Source: Macrostomum lignano
Taxonomy: Eukaryota
Assembly: GCA_002269645.1 (NCBI GenBank)
Contig: NIVC01001216.1
Coordinates: forward strand, 248,001 to 312,000
Direction of reading: 5' to 3'
DNA: 64,000 nucleotides
Position numbers and translations under genes: made by a program. Below the pieces are notes generated by a model. It saw only the letters and a program-made list of their open reading frames with translations. It ran no database searches and was not told the DNA's origin. Shown here in pieces: positions 50,574 to 62,708 of this stretch; positions within the stretch are counted from its first letter, which is position 1, and every line of letters begins with the position of its first letter.

Positions 50574-51681
50574 GTCTCCGGTCACGTGGACCCGTCATTA
50601 ATTTCCATGGCAACGGCTGCCGTGGACGCGGCCGCGCTTTCCCGAAGTCCCAACATGCAGAGAAGACCAATTCCTGGAATATCTGACTCGACAGTCACCC
50701 AGCAATACTATCCATCTCAGCAGCAGCAGCAGCAACAACAGCAACAGCAATATTACCAGCCAGCAAAGCAATCCACGGCTTCCAACGATGCATTTGGTTG
50801 CGTTCCTCGCAACTTGGTCGATCAACTTGACGATCGGGAAGAGATCAGCCTGCGCGCTCAAGCTATTGAAGATCTGCGAACTCATCTGCGTCAGCTGGAC
50901 ACGCTGGAAGCTGCTGTGCCGCATCTGGAGAAGTTCTTGGCCTTCCTGCACAGTCTGCTGGACGACGTGAACTTTCGCATCGCCATCGTGACGCTGGACA
51001 TCCTCTACCTGTTGGCCAATCGCCTGGGCAGTCGGCTGCAGCCTCACCTGCGCAGCCTCTTAGCCGGTATCACTAAACGAATGTCCGACGGTAAAAATGT
51101 TGTTCGAACGGCCCTAATGAAGCTCGCCATACTGCTCATGCACAATCACAGGCCGCAGATTGTGCTAGACCTGTTGCTGAACAATCTCGAGCATAGGAAC
51201 AGTCGCGTCCGGCAGGAGACGTTGAACATGACAATCTCGGCGTTAGTAACATTCCCCAGTTCTGACTTTGATCTGCCTCGCTTGTGCAACTGCATCGCCC
51301 CGGCTCTGCTCGATCCGAAGCGCCAGGTGCGCCACGCTGCCCTGGAAGTGATGGCGTTGCTGGCGCAGGGCCTGGGCAGCGGCCGTCTGCAGCCATTGCA
51401 GCTTGCGGTTCGCGAGCAGGAAACTCGACCGGATGCCACCGGACTCTTCGAAGCCGTGATGAGTCGGCTGGCAAAACGACAGCTGCCTCGACTAAGCGCC
51501 GAAGGCCTGGTCGAATACGCCATCCCGGTGCCGTCGTCGGCCACTCGAAGGCCTCAAGCTGGCGGAGCGGCGGCGGGTAGCGGCGGAGCAAACGAGGACT
51601 GGGTGATGCAGGCGTCTGCCGGCGGCTACGGGTCAGCGAAGTCGCGCTCTGAGCTGGTCGACTTGGAGACCGACTCCTTGG
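50574..51681 (+). CDS. TOGARAM1: TOGARAM1 exon 3 (TOG2 domain)
   Basis: ttttacaag|GTC; LLDDVNFRIA, HRNSRVRQETLNMTISALVTFPSSDFDL, LLDPKRQVRHAALE, MSRLAKRQLPRLSAEGLVEYA match crescerin TOG2; donor g|GTGAGC. Confidence 0.9.
50601..50614 (+). promoter_or_regulatory. Near-consensus RFX X-box inside TOGARAM1 exon 3
   Basis: ATTTCCATGGCAAC (encodes ISMAT). Confidence 0.4.
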
Positions 51682-51704
51682 GTGAGCGACGGCGTCGATG
51701 AAAA

Positions 51705-52195
51705 CAGAGAGTGTGATGCGACGGAAATTGAGAGTGTGATGCGACGGAAATTGAGAGTGTGATGTGACGGAAATTGAGAGTGTGATGTGACGGAAATTGA
51801 GAGTGTGATGCGACGGAAATTGAGAGTGTGATGTGACGGAAATTGAGAGTGTGATGTGACGGAAATTGAGAGTGTGATGTGACGGAAATTGAGAGTGTGA
51901 TGCGACGGAAATTTAGAGTGTGATGTGACGGAAATTTAGAGTGTGATGTGACGGAAATTGAGAGTGTGATGTGACGGAAATGGAGAGTGTGATGTGACGG
52001 AAATGGAGAGTGTGATGCGACGGAAATGGAGAGTGTGATGTGACGGAACTTGGGAGTGTGATGTGACGGAAATGGAGAGTGTGATGTGACAGAACTTGGG
52101 AGTGTGATGTGACGGAAATTAAGAGTGTGATGTGACCGAAATGGAGAGTGTGATGTGACCGAAATTGAGAGTGTGATGTGACGGAAATTTAGAGT
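51705..52195. repeat. 23-bp intronic minisatellite (GAGAGTGTGATGYGACGGAAATT)
   Basis: About 21 copies starting ~20 nt after the exon 3 donor. Confidence 0.95.
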
Positions 52196-52522
52196 TTTTA
52201 GGTACATAAAATAATTTGACAATTTTAAATAGCAGATCTGAAAGATATAAATAGACTTGAATAGCAATTCCTATTTTAGTTGTCTGCGCCAATATCGAAT
52301 GTGTGGCTATTACATTCGCTTCTATCTGGAACTCAAGCTCTACCTTAACTGATAGGGCCATGCGATTAAAAGTAACTTAGCATGGGTTGGTGCTTATCAG
52401 ATGAACTATCTAGCTATAGCGATTTCGTCATTGTGTTTTTGGCATTGCTTGCTTCAAAGTTGAAAGCTGCACAACCTTCGTGTACTTCAACATAGAAAAT
52501 ACGTCTTCGCTTTGAATTCCAG

Positions 52523-52629
52523 CTTCGGAAAGACGGAAGTCAAGCGCCGGCCGGCTAGCAAAAGGCAAACTGCCCTGGGAGCCCGCTGCAAGCGAGCCCG
52601 CCCCAGCGCCTAGTCAGGAGGTTGGCCGA
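52523..52629 (+). CDS. TOGARAM1: TOGARAM1 exon 4
   Basis: gaattccag|CT (phase 1); SSAGRLAKGKLPWE resembles the crescerin SAG...KLPWE motif after TOG2; donor CGA|GTGAGT. Confidence 0.8.
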
Positions 52630-52704
52630 GTGAGTCGCATTTTTCAATATTTAAGTTGCTGAACTTACCAGTTTTTAATGCGTCTTCTTTCTAACTCCTA
52701 AACA

Positions 52705-53000
52705 CCTCGCGCCGCGCCCGTCCTTTCTAACCACAAAACCCCCACCTCATGCCGCGTCAGTCCTTTCTAACCCCAAAACCCCCACCTCACGCCGTGCCCC
52801 TTCTTTCTAACCCCCAAAATCCCCACCTCACGCCGCGCCTCTCCTTTCTAACCCCCAAAACCCCCACCTCACGCCGCGCCTCTCCTTTCTAACCCCCAAA
52901 ACCCCCACCTCACGCTGCGCCTCTCCTTTTTAACCCCCAAAACCCCCACCTCACACTGAGCCTCTCCTTTTTAACCCCCAAAACCCCCACCTCATGCCAT
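52705..53000. repeat. ~40-bp C-rich intronic minisatellite
   Basis: ccccacctcacgccgcgcctctcctttctaacccccaaaa, about 7 copies. Confidence 0.9.
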
Positions 53001-53709
53001 AACGTTTCTTTTTATCCCTAAACTTCTATCGCATACTACGCCTTGTCTTTTTAAGTTAAAAATCCCATTTTATTTACGAACTTGTTTAATTTGGCACTTT
53101 TTGACGTCAATTGTGAACTTGCTGATTTCTAAAGCTCTCCAAAGCTCCGTCCTGAGCATTTGTATGATAGGTAAAGAGAGTTTACTGTGCTAATCAAATG
53201 TGCATAGCGTTCAAACTGTGGACCTTAAATCTCGGCGATAACTAAGGCACTGAGCAAAACTGTATGCATACTTATAGAATTTATATATTTGCTCAATATA
53301 CTCACTGAAGAGCCATGATGATGGCTGCTTCTCTCGTGGCTTTAAAACTCTCAAAGGAGAAGAACTACGCAGTATGGGAGAGTGAAAATTTCCACGCATG
53401 CATAGCGAGTGGGCCAAGAAAGAGAGAGAGAGAGCGAGTGTCACTGACACACGGTAGCCCGGGCTTATAGATTAGAGATGTACTTTTAGCTGAATCAAAG
53501 CGAGAACCTGTTAAAATGAGCTGCTCTGGCTTCTGAGAGACTCTGGAGTAGCCGAATGGGGAAGAGAAAACCAAGTCGGAATTGCTTTGGGAAGTGAGTA
53601 GAGTACTAAATAAGTCCTAGTGTGTGTGTGTGATACTCTGCTTTTAATTCTTCTCTGTTTTTTGCTTCTCAGCACATTTTGCTTCTCTATGTTTCTCTTC
53701 CATTTTTTC

Positions 53710-54285
53710 TTATCTGTTTCTCATCTGTTTCTCATCTGTTTTCTTCCATTTCTCATCTGTCTATCATCTATTTATCACCTGTTTCTCATCTGTTCTCTTC
53801 CATTTCTCATCTGTCTATCATCTATTTATCACCTGTTTCTCATCTGTTTATCATCTGTTTCTCATCTGTTCTCTTCCATTTCTCATCTGTCTATCATCTA
53901 TTTATCACCTGTTTCTCATCTGTTTATCATCTATTTATCAGCTGTTTATCATCTGTTTCTCATCTGTTCTCTTCCATTTCTCATCTGTCTATCATCTATT
54001 TATCACCTGTTTCTCATCTGTTTTCTACCATTTCTCATCTGTCTATTATCTATTTATCACCTGTTTCTCATCTATTTATCACCTGTTTCTCATCTGTTTC
54101 TCATCTGTTTCTCATCTGTTTCTCATCTGTTTCTCATCTGTTTCTCATCTGTTTCTCATCTGTTTCTCATCTGTTTCTCATCTGTTCTCTTCCATTTCTC
54201 ATCTGTCTATCATCTATTTATCACCTGTTTCTCATCTGTTTCTCATCTGTTTCTCATCTGTTTCTCATCTGTTTCTCATCTATCG
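53710..54285. repeat. Pyrimidine-rich repeat built on an 11-bp core (TTTCTCATCTG)
   Basis: Direct repeats with longer composite units. Confidence 0.9.
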
Positions 54286-54839
54286 TATGTTTCTATCTTT
54301 TCCTGTTCCTGTTTCTACAGCTTCCTGTTTTTTTTGACTAACTAAAGAAATCGGCTTCCATTCCTTTCATTCACCTTAGGATTTTGTTCAGTTTCTATTT
54401 AAATCCCAGCACCGTATCTTTTTCGATTTGTTTTTCTATCAGATTGCAAAATTGGGACAAAAAAGCCCCGATCTGAAAGCGAATAGCTGGCAGACGGGAT
54501 TGTCATAGGGATCTATGACGTGAAGGAGAATATTTTTTCCACAACTACAACTGCTGCTTGACGGAAAATGATAAAGAAGCTTTGCTACAAACAATAGGGC
54601 ATTGTTAGGCATTTTTTTGGTTCTCAGATCCCCTCAGATCCTATTTGCGTCAGCACTGGGAGTGTGATAGCTATTGAATACCCCCCGTCTCCAGTATTGT
54701 GCTCAGTTTTAGCATATCGGATGGTAGCGAAGTGCTTTTAGCTCGTCAATAACATGCATGCAGATGAGCTTATTGAATAGAATTTTGCGTAACTCGTGTT
54801 AGCCATTTTGGCATCTGTTGCATATTTAAAATCCAGAAG

Positions 54840-55515
54840 TTCTTGGCGCCAATTCAAAATCCACAAAATCTAGGCGCCACTTCAAAGTTCACAAAATCTA
54901 GGCGCCAATTCAAAATTCACAAAATCTAGGGGCCAGTTCAAAATTCACAAAATCTAGGCGCCAATTCAAAATTCACAAAATCTAGGCGCCAATTCAAAAT
55001 CCACAAAATATAGGCGCCAATTCAAAATCCACAAAATATAGGCGTCAATTCAAAATCCACAAAATCTAGGCGCCGATTCAAAATTCACAAAATCTAGGCG
55101 CCAATTCAAAATCCACAAAATAAACACGCCACTTAAAAATCCACAAAATATAGGCGCCAATTCAAAATCCACAAAATCTAGGCGCCAATTCAAAATTCAC
55201 AAAATCTAGGCGCCAATTCAAAATCCACAAAATCAAGACGCCAATTCAAAATCCACAAAATAAACACGCCACTTAAAAATCCACAAAATATAGGCGCCAC
55301 TTCAAAGTTCACAAAATCTAGGCGCCAATTCAAAATTCACAAAATCTAGGCGCCAATTCAAAATTCACAAAATCTAGGCGCCAATTCAAAATTCACAAAA
55401 TCTAGGCGCCACTTCAAAGTTCACAAAATCTAGGCGCCAATTCAAAATTCACAAAATCTAGGCGTCAATTCAAAATCCACAAAATCTAGGCGCCAATTCA
55501 AAATCCACAAAATCT
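54840..55515. repeat. 28-bp intronic minisatellite (GGCGCCAATTCAAAATYCACAAAATCTA)
   Basis: About 24 copies. Confidence 0.95.
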
Positions 55516-56369
55516 TGATTTTCAGTCATGAAAAAAATCCTAATTTATTATAAATTTAGGCCTGTCTATCTTATATATTTATGATATTTTTTTGTCTTTT
55601 AACTGGCAATAAAATCTGAACTGCTAAGGTCGGCTTGAGTCGGGAACAGCTAAGCCACAGAGGGCAGTGTGTATTGTGCAAAGCATAGATTGCAGCAGAG
55701 CAGTGCAACCCTCCCCCCCCCCCCCGGTCTACACTCTCTCGGGCTAGCGCAAGCTATTTAGTTAAAAAAAACAGTTTTGGCAAACTAGAACTGGCGCACT
55801 CTATAATGCTTGCACGCATGCAGTAGGGGGTTTTTAAGTTAGGCTAGAAAATCCAGATAACGCAGAAGAAGAGCTGAGACCCTGCTGGAATCAAACTTAG
55901 AAGTCTATACACACTATGCTGGCGCACTAAATATATGCAGCTGTACAATATGCTGCGAGAAGAGATGGCTTCATTCTATTGCTATTTTCCTGTTCCTCTC
56001 ACAGCCTCCCTCTCTCTCTTCATCGACAGACTCCGTATGCACACTTTTAGATTGTCTGTGAGAAGCGTCTTACGGGCTGCTGCTGGGTGGGTGGGTTGCC
56101 AGGGTAGGGCTACTTCGGATAGCTGTTTTATCGCCGCCGCAGCCGTCTGTGTTTTTCTCTCTCATTCTGATGCAGTTCTGTTTGGAGCCCCAAAAATGAT
56201 CAACAACAAATTTTAACTACTATAGTGTAGTGCTAGTTAGTCTGTTTGCAAATTAAAAACTTCTAACCTTTTAGAATAAATGCAAAACATTTTTACACGA
56301 TATGCATTTGCCGTAGTTGACCTAATAGCAATTGCTTTCGTGTGTAATAATGCTATAATAATTGATTTC

Positions 56370-56566
56370 ACCTACCCTAATGGGCAGATGTGCAACCGAC
56401 AGCTCAGCCGCAGCTATTGCGCGGATTTTACAGCTGGGTGAACTGAAGCAATGCAGAGTTAAGTGTCTTGCTCAAGGACACAAATTGTGTCAGTGTGATC
56501 GGGAATCGAACCCCCGACCTTCAAATTCGTCATGAGTCCGACGCTCTAAACACTAAAGGCTACAAC
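56370..56566 (-). mobile_element. tRNA-derived SINE with a CORE-like central domain
   Basis: Minus strand has an A-box-like TAGCCTTTAGTGTTTAGAGC and a B-box GGTTCGATTCC, followed by TTGTGTCCTTGAGCAAGACACTT...CAGTTCACCCAGCTGT, typical of CORE-type SINEs; no complete cloverleaf. Confidence 0.75.
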
Positions 56567-56751
56567 CTTTAGCGTGTGAAGCCTTTTTATTAAAGTACTT
56601 TCAGTACTCTCTCTCGATGCTTGAGATGGTTTATGCTATAACTATGATGTAGTCCAAAGCGAAAAGTGAAAAATTCCTTGCCCTTTTCTATCTACAATAA
56701 AAAGAGAATTGTTGACAATCTCAATAAAATTGTTTTTTTTTCATGCAACAG

Positions 56752-57073
56752 GCAAAGCAAAAGCCACCGCAGCAGCAACAACAACAGCAACAACAAGCAA
56801 CTCATTCTAACGACCCGGCCTCTTCAACGTCTGTGCTGAACTCGCGCCAACAGCCGCAGGCGCAACCGCCGCAGACGCAACCGCCGCAGGCGCAACCGCC
56901 GCAGGCGGAGTCCCCCGCAGGCCATCAGGGAGGCCCCAGCGCCTACGTGACCAACGGGCGGGTGAAAAAATTCTCAGAAATTCCAACAGACCAGCAGCCG
57001 AGAAAGGTGAAAAGATTTCTCGATCAGTCAGAGAAGCCGGAGCTGCAGCAGGGGGGCGACACCGCTTCGCCAG
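56752..57073 (+). CDS. TOGARAM1: TOGARAM1 exon 5 (Q/P-rich linker), putative
   Basis: ttttcatgcaacag|GCA (phase 0) to g|GTAAAA (phase 1); phase matches both neighbours. Confidence 0.65.
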
Positions 57074-57259
57074 GTAAAAACTAAAACGAATGTAGTTGGT
57101 GCTTCATTTTTATGTTAAACTTTATGTATTTCAATTTAATTCGATTTATGCATAATCTAAATGTTTTCTTTCGAATTCTTGAAGTTGAATTTAGGCATCA
57201 GAAATATCATTGTGAATCTTGCATTGTCATTTTAGATAACAGGAAATGCTAGCTAGCTC

Positions 57260-57715
57260 GTATTTTAGATATCAGAATGTCGTTTTAGATATCAGAATGG
57301 CATTTTAGATATCAGAATGTCGTTTTAGATATCAGAATGTCGTTTTAGATATCAGAATGTCGTTTTAGATATCAGAATGGCATTTTAGATATCAGAATGT
57401 CGTTTTAGATATCAGAATGTCGTTTTAGATATCAGAATGTCGTTTTAGATATCAGAATGTCATTTTAGATATCAGAATGTCGTTTTAGATATCAGAATGT
57501 CGTTTTAGATATCAGAATGGCATTTTAGATATCAGAATGTCGTTTTAGATATCAGAATGTCATTTTAGATATCAGAATGGCATTTTAGATATCAGAATGT
57601 CATTTTAGATATCAGAATGGCATTTTAGATATCAGAATGGCATTTTAGATATCAGAATGGCATTTTAGATATCAGAATGTCATTTTAGATATCAGAATGG
57701 CATTTTAGATATCAG
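57260..57715. repeat. 20-bp intronic minisatellite (TTTAGATATCAGAATGKCRT)
   Basis: About 22 copies. Confidence 0.95.
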
Positions 57716-58030
57716 GGAATGTTATTATAGATTTTAAAATACCATTTTAAGTCCGAGAACTAGTTTTAAACCTTAAAAGTTTCGAAAATTTACATTATAT
57801 ATTTGTAATATATTAATAGTATTAAAGTACGTTTTCGTTTTTGTTTCAAAAAAATAAGGTAGCTCTGTTTTTAATTCATTGTTAGACAAGCTTTATTTAA
57901 AACTATTATTATTTGTGTTGTTACGTGCCGTTAAAAACAATTTGTTATTGTCTATCGATAGCAAAGTATAACTTTAAAAGAAAATAAAACGAACGGAACG
58001 AATTTCTTAGCAACCGCATCTAACGCGCAG

Positions 58031-58276
58031 GCAACCAGTGGAGCAGCGGTCCCACTGCTAAAGGTTCCTATTTGAAAAACTTGGAAAAGCAGTCGAAACC
58101 TCGACTAGTAAAGTCCAAACGACCCGAACTCATTACCTCCGACGTGCTTGATGACTTGCCTTCGACAAGCCGATCAGTGGCCTCTTCTCAGCCTCAGCAG
58201 GCTGCACCTGATCAAGAGGGCTCTGCCGGCAAGCTGCCAGCAATCCCAAAGCAACAACAACAGAAAAGAGCCTCTG
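58031..58276 (+). CDS. TOGARAM1: TOGARAM1 exon 6 (linker), putative
   Basis: taacgcgcag|GC ... GCC TCT g|GTGAGG; phase 1/1, open. Confidence 0.6.
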
Positions 58277-58634
58277 GTGAGGCCCCCCCCCTTCTCAAAG
58301 CAACTAAATCCAGCTTACTAAATCTATTTTTAAGCACGTTGAAAATTATTTCCGAACAACACCAGTCCACACATTTTCCCCGAGAGTGTGAATGAGCACT
58401 GCAGTGTGTGATTGCATTAATTATTACTTAATTAATTGTTTGGCCTCGTGAAATTGTGATTGCGCCATTGCTAACCACCGGCTTGTCCATATAAGTCGGA
58501 TTAAATTAAAAACGAAAAGAATAAAGCTCTAAATGTATATGCTGATTACTGTCACACAGACTTCCTTATCTGATTGTTTAAAGAAGCGTCAAATTGGGAT
58601 CACACATGTACAGTGCAAGATATACTTAAAATTA

Positions 58635-58860
58635 TAGAGACGTCAGTTCAGAATCATAGAGGCGTCAGTTCAGGATCATAGAGGCGTCAGTTCAGGATCA
58701 TAGAGACGTCAGCTCAGGATCATAGAGACGTCAGCTCAGGATCATAGAGGCGTCAGCTCAGGATCATAGAGGCGTCAGCTCAGGATCATAGAGGCGTCAG
58801 TTCAGGATCATAGAGGCGTCAGTTCAGGATCATAGAGGCGTCAGTTTAGGATCATAGGGA
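58635..58860. repeat. 22-bp intronic minisatellite (TCATAGAGGCGTCAGTTCAGGA)
   Basis: About 10 copies. Confidence 0.9.
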
Positions 58861-59209
58861 AGTCAAACAACAAGATATTGAAAATCACCTGATTTGACCA
58901 CCAGATGGCAGTATGTGGGATGTGGTGCTTAGATACACCAACAAAATTAAACTATGGTATATCAAAACAATTAAAAGGAATCAGTTCCCCATAGCTTTGC
59001 ATGTTTACAGCTAATAATCAATATTTTTATAGAATTATTTGCAATCATTGGCGGCACTTTCAACTAGCAATTTTGCTCGTTTTAAAATCGGAATGAACAT
59101 TTCTGCACAAGTTATTAAATTTATTCTACTCTACTATAAGAGTGTAACAACCAGGTATGAAACTATTGATAATTTGCTTTCCTAAGTCCCTATTGCGTCT
59201 TTCTTGCAG

Positions 59210-59341
59210 CGAAATCGAAATTTTCTGACAAAATTTCTGCTCCAAAAGAGCAACCACAGCAGCAGCAACAGCAGCAGCAGCAGCTGCCACAAGTGCAGGC
59301 TGCCATCCCGGCAAAATCTTTGGCGAGAGTCAATTCGAAAG
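59210..59341 (+). CDS. TOGARAM1: TOGARAM1 exon 7 (poly-Q linker), putative
   Basis: ctttcttgcag|CG AAA TCG...; weak donor AAAG|GTTCTT; phase 1/1. Confidence 0.5.
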
Positions 59342-59384
59342 GTTCTTGTAGCTGATTGGATTGCATTCACTTTTCACTGCCTCC

Positions 59385-59625
59385 ATCTCCCCTTTTCCTT
59401 TCTTCTCTCCCTCTCTCACTCCCTTCCTCTCTCTCCCTCTCTCCCTCTCTCCCTCTCTCCCTTCCTCTCCCTTCCTCTCTCTCCTCTCTCTCCCTCCCTC
59501 CCTCCCTCCCTGTCTCCCTCTCTCATTCCCTGTCTCCCTCTCTCATTCCCTGTCTCCATCTCTCCCTATCTCTCCCTCTCTCTCTCGTTTCGTATCGGTC
59601 TTTCTCTCCCCTCTCCTTATCCCTC
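59385..59625. repeat. CT-rich polypyrimidine tract
   Basis: Almost only C/T on the + strand. Confidence 0.9.
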
Positions 59626-59942
59626 CGCCAGTGTCCGGTGTTTTGTAGATCTAAAATGCGGGATGGTTAATGAGTAGTTCTCAAAATAAAAAAATATTCT
59701 CATTGTAGCGATTTGAAAATGATACTGTAGCGAAGTTAATTATGACGTGAATATCTGTGATAAAAATTATTAAAGCTTTACCATGATGAGACGCAGTTCT
59801 CATTTCTAACTATTTAACATAGCATTTTTTGTTTCGTTTAATTGCTCAACATTTTTTGGACATAACTTTCAATTTTATGAGTCGTATTTCCTGCCCGTGA
59901 ATATTAAAATAAGATATTATATTTGATTACTTACCCACACAG

Positions 59943-60014
59943 ACTCTGTGGCAGCCTCTGAAGCGAAAAACAAAAGACAGGGCGGACCCAGCTACGATTC
60001 GGGCAATGGAGACG
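59943..60014 (+). CDS. TOGARAM1: TOGARAM1 exon 8 (72 nt), putative; gene continues beyond the window
   Basis: ttacccacacag|AC...GAC g|GTAAGC; phase 1/1. Confidence 0.55.
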
Positions 60015-60104
60015 GTAAGCAGAATTTAGACAGATCTTTTTGTGTAAATAAAATTCTATTTTTGTGCCTTTTCACGTTGATAGTGAATTTTTGAGAGTGA
60101 AGGG

Positions 60105-60399
60105 TGTACTGTAGAAATGAAAAGACCGATGGTCCGCCAAAAACTATTTGGAGCTGAGGCTCAAGCGAGACGATATCAAAACGTAAACCGTAAGCCGTAC
60201 ACAGGGCTAATAAGCCCTCTCGATGATATATATATTTATTGCAGTCAGTCAGAATCAGCCAGCGTGGAGGGGGTGGGTGCAGAGATGGGCCTGGGCTAAA
60301 TCAGCGTACATAGAAAATTGAATAATAAACACGTACGTACATTAAATCACGCAGTGGAATTGGAAAGAAAATCAATGCTACTAATCTACCTCCCAAACA
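60105..60399 (-). repeat. 3' LTR (295 bp)
   Basis: Appears identical by eye to 62709-63003; preceded on the minus strand by PPT AAGGTGGGGGGTA (~60400-60412). Confidence 0.95.
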
Positions 60400-61123
60400 T
60401 ACCCCCCACCTTGGCATAACAATGACAAAAAAACTATTCGAGGGATGAAACAATGAAAACGAATACGGTATTGGGAAAATATTCGAAAACGATGCGTGAT
60501 GCAAAATCAAACTCAAAAAGCAAAAAAAACAACGTTGCATGAAAAATAATGGCGACATTGTGACGGGTAGAAAATTAGATGACAATAAGTACGCAGATCA
60601 TGGATGACAATCGAAAATTTTGCAAAAGTGCGTCAGCTATCAAGACAGATTTCCAAATTAAATACGAAAGCAAATTACCACCACCAGCCACCGCAACTGA
60701 AGCAAAAAATGAAACAAAAATTGTAAGCATTGGGCTATCAAAAGGTCGTTACTAGTGCAAAAACTATGGAACGTCTAAGCGCAGAAAATCAAGCAATATT
60801 AAGTAGAGCTCAAAGAATGCAAACATCGCTCGTAAAAAACTCAAAAAACACAAAAGATAAACTTGCCGACAAATTCACTAAACCGTAACGACTGCTCTTC
60901 AGCAAAATCCACGCAAGAAAATAAATAGCTAAATAATGAATGTTAATCGCGTTGAACACTGAAAACGAAAATTGGGTTAAGACGGCAAAAACAGGGTGAT
61001 TCCTATTAGCATGAAAGGGAAAGAAGACTTTACGAACAATGCAACAAGCAGGAAAATTGAACAACTCATCAGAAAAATTGCAAAAACCAGACAAAGACTA
61101 ATTTTCTAACAAAAGTTTGCAAA

Positions 61124-62296
61124 CTAACCTGACGATATTGGACACAACTTTGATATTGGTCTCGTCATTGTGCGATCACCGACTCTGATTGAGGCGACTC
61201 TCACGTGACCGTCAGGACCGCGCATGACGTCCAGCACGCGAGCCAGCGGCCAGTGACCCCGAGGCGAGTCCGGGCTCACCAGCAGCGCCACGTCTCCAGG
61301 TTGTAGGTCAGGCAGCTCGCGGCGCCAATTGCTCCGCGGTGCGAGTCCCGGCAGCCACTCGTGCCACCACCGGCGCCAGATCTGCGACACCAGCTGCTGA
61401 ACGTGACGCCATCTTCTTGAAGGACTGCGGGCGATGGCAGCGTCGACCTTCGGTGCAAACTTCCCGCCGACTTGCCCGATGAGGAAGTGATTCGGCGTCA
61501 GCGGCACATCATCAGCCGGATGCGCTGTCTGGTACGTCAGCGGCCTTGAATTAAGAAGTGCCTCCACTCCAGCAAACGCGCTTAGCAGCTCCTCATCGGT
61601 GACGTCCGTCTCCCTCAGAATTGACCAGATTGACTGCCAAAGCTCCTGCATCAGAATCTTCGCCTGCACGACAAACGGGGAGATCAATCCAAGTGGATCA
61701 AAGACACTCGCTAGCTTTGTCAGCAAACTCCTTCTTGTGGTCACCTGATACGACTCGTTTTCGTCTTTAAAAGTAAATTCGCCCTGCTCACTCTGCCCCG
61801 TGATACCCAGTGTCTTGGTGCTTGGTAGTTCTTTGCTGTCCAAATTAACTTCTGCTGCACGGTCTTCAGGTGGGATTCTATCGAGCACAGCTCTCGAGTT
61901 CGAGACCCACTTGCACGCGTGCATGCCTGCGCGCCTCCAGAGCTCACTGAGTTGATCGTACAGCCTGCAGGCGGCTGCCTCGGTGGGCGCAGAGTCCAGG
62001 CTGTCATCCATATAGGTAGAGTGCAGTACTGTCTTGGCCGCCTCTGGAAGCTCACCTTTTAACTTTTCAGCATGGCAGCGGGTAACGAACTGTGCCAAGA
62101 AAGGAGAGCTGGTGACGCCGAACACCACTCTGTTGAACTCGTAGACATCCGGTTGCTTTGAAGGATCGGCGTCCCGCCAAAGGAAACTGTGCAGCGGCCT
62201 GTCCTTCGGATCCATCTCGATCTGGAGATACATTTCCGCTACGTCGCATGCGATCGCAATCGGGTGTCGGCGGAACCGAAGCAGCACGTCAACCAA
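61124..62296 (-). pseudogene. BEL/Pao pol remnant: partial RT (YMDD) and RNase H start fused in frame to the integrase C-terminus
   Basis: LLRFR..IAIACDVAEMYLQI, RVVFGVTSSPF, TYMDD, SVFDPLG, then EALLNSRPLT, LTPNHFLIG, IWRRWWHEWL, GHWPLARV (Pao-specific motifs). Confidence 0.9.
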
Positions 62297-62622
62297 ATGG
62301 CAGCTTGGTAGTCGCGCTCCGTCTCCTCCATTTCGTCTAGTAGGCGCTGTCGCCTCTCGTTGTCCTTGGCGTCGGCGTAGCCTTCATGCAGTTCTTCCTG
62401 AATGGCGCTGACCAGGTCCTGCAGGTCTGACAGAGCGTCACAGGCAACTTGCACTTCGTCATCAGAGGCGTGCGTCTTTAACAGCCAAGACAGCTTGTTT
62501 TTGCAACGAGTGAACGCTGCTTTTTTTCGGGATTTCTCGAAGCGCAGCTTCTCTAAACGTAGGGCGCCGGCATCGTCTTGGGCTTCCTGCTGCTGCTGCT
62601 CATTGGCGTCGTCACTGTCCAT
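62239..62622 (-). pseudogene. Truncated gag N-terminus of the BEL/Pao element
   Basis: ATG at 62622 downstream of the PBS; helical MDSDD...KAAFTRCKNKL...; runs out of frame into RT at ~62298. Confidence 0.65.
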
Positions 62623-62687
62623 CCTGGTCCTTCGTTTCACAGTAGGGTTCTATTGCTTGCCACGTCAGTGGTAAGTTAGGCTTGTCC

Positions 62688-62705
62688 AACCACGCTCTGC
62701 TACCA
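62688..62705 (-). other. Primer-binding site complementary to the tRNA-iMet 3' end
   Basis: Minus strand TGGTAGCAGAGCGTGGTT, 3 nt after the 5' LTR; metazoan tRNA-iMet ends ...CTCTGCTACCA. Confidence 0.85.
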
Positions 62706-62708
62706 AAA

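Noticed and set aside
53490-53592. Extra TOGARAM1 exon ending at GGAA|GTGAGT
   Set aside because: The good acceptor (ttttag|) leads to stops, and exon 4 already joins 56752 in phase.
56500-56566. tRNA gene
   Set aside because: A and B boxes are present but there is no acceptor-stem cloverleaf, and it continues into a SINE body.
60301-61094. env-like ORFs in the LTR element
   Set aside because: Under 100 aa; the hydrophobicity is explained by T-richness, and one ORF runs into the LTR.
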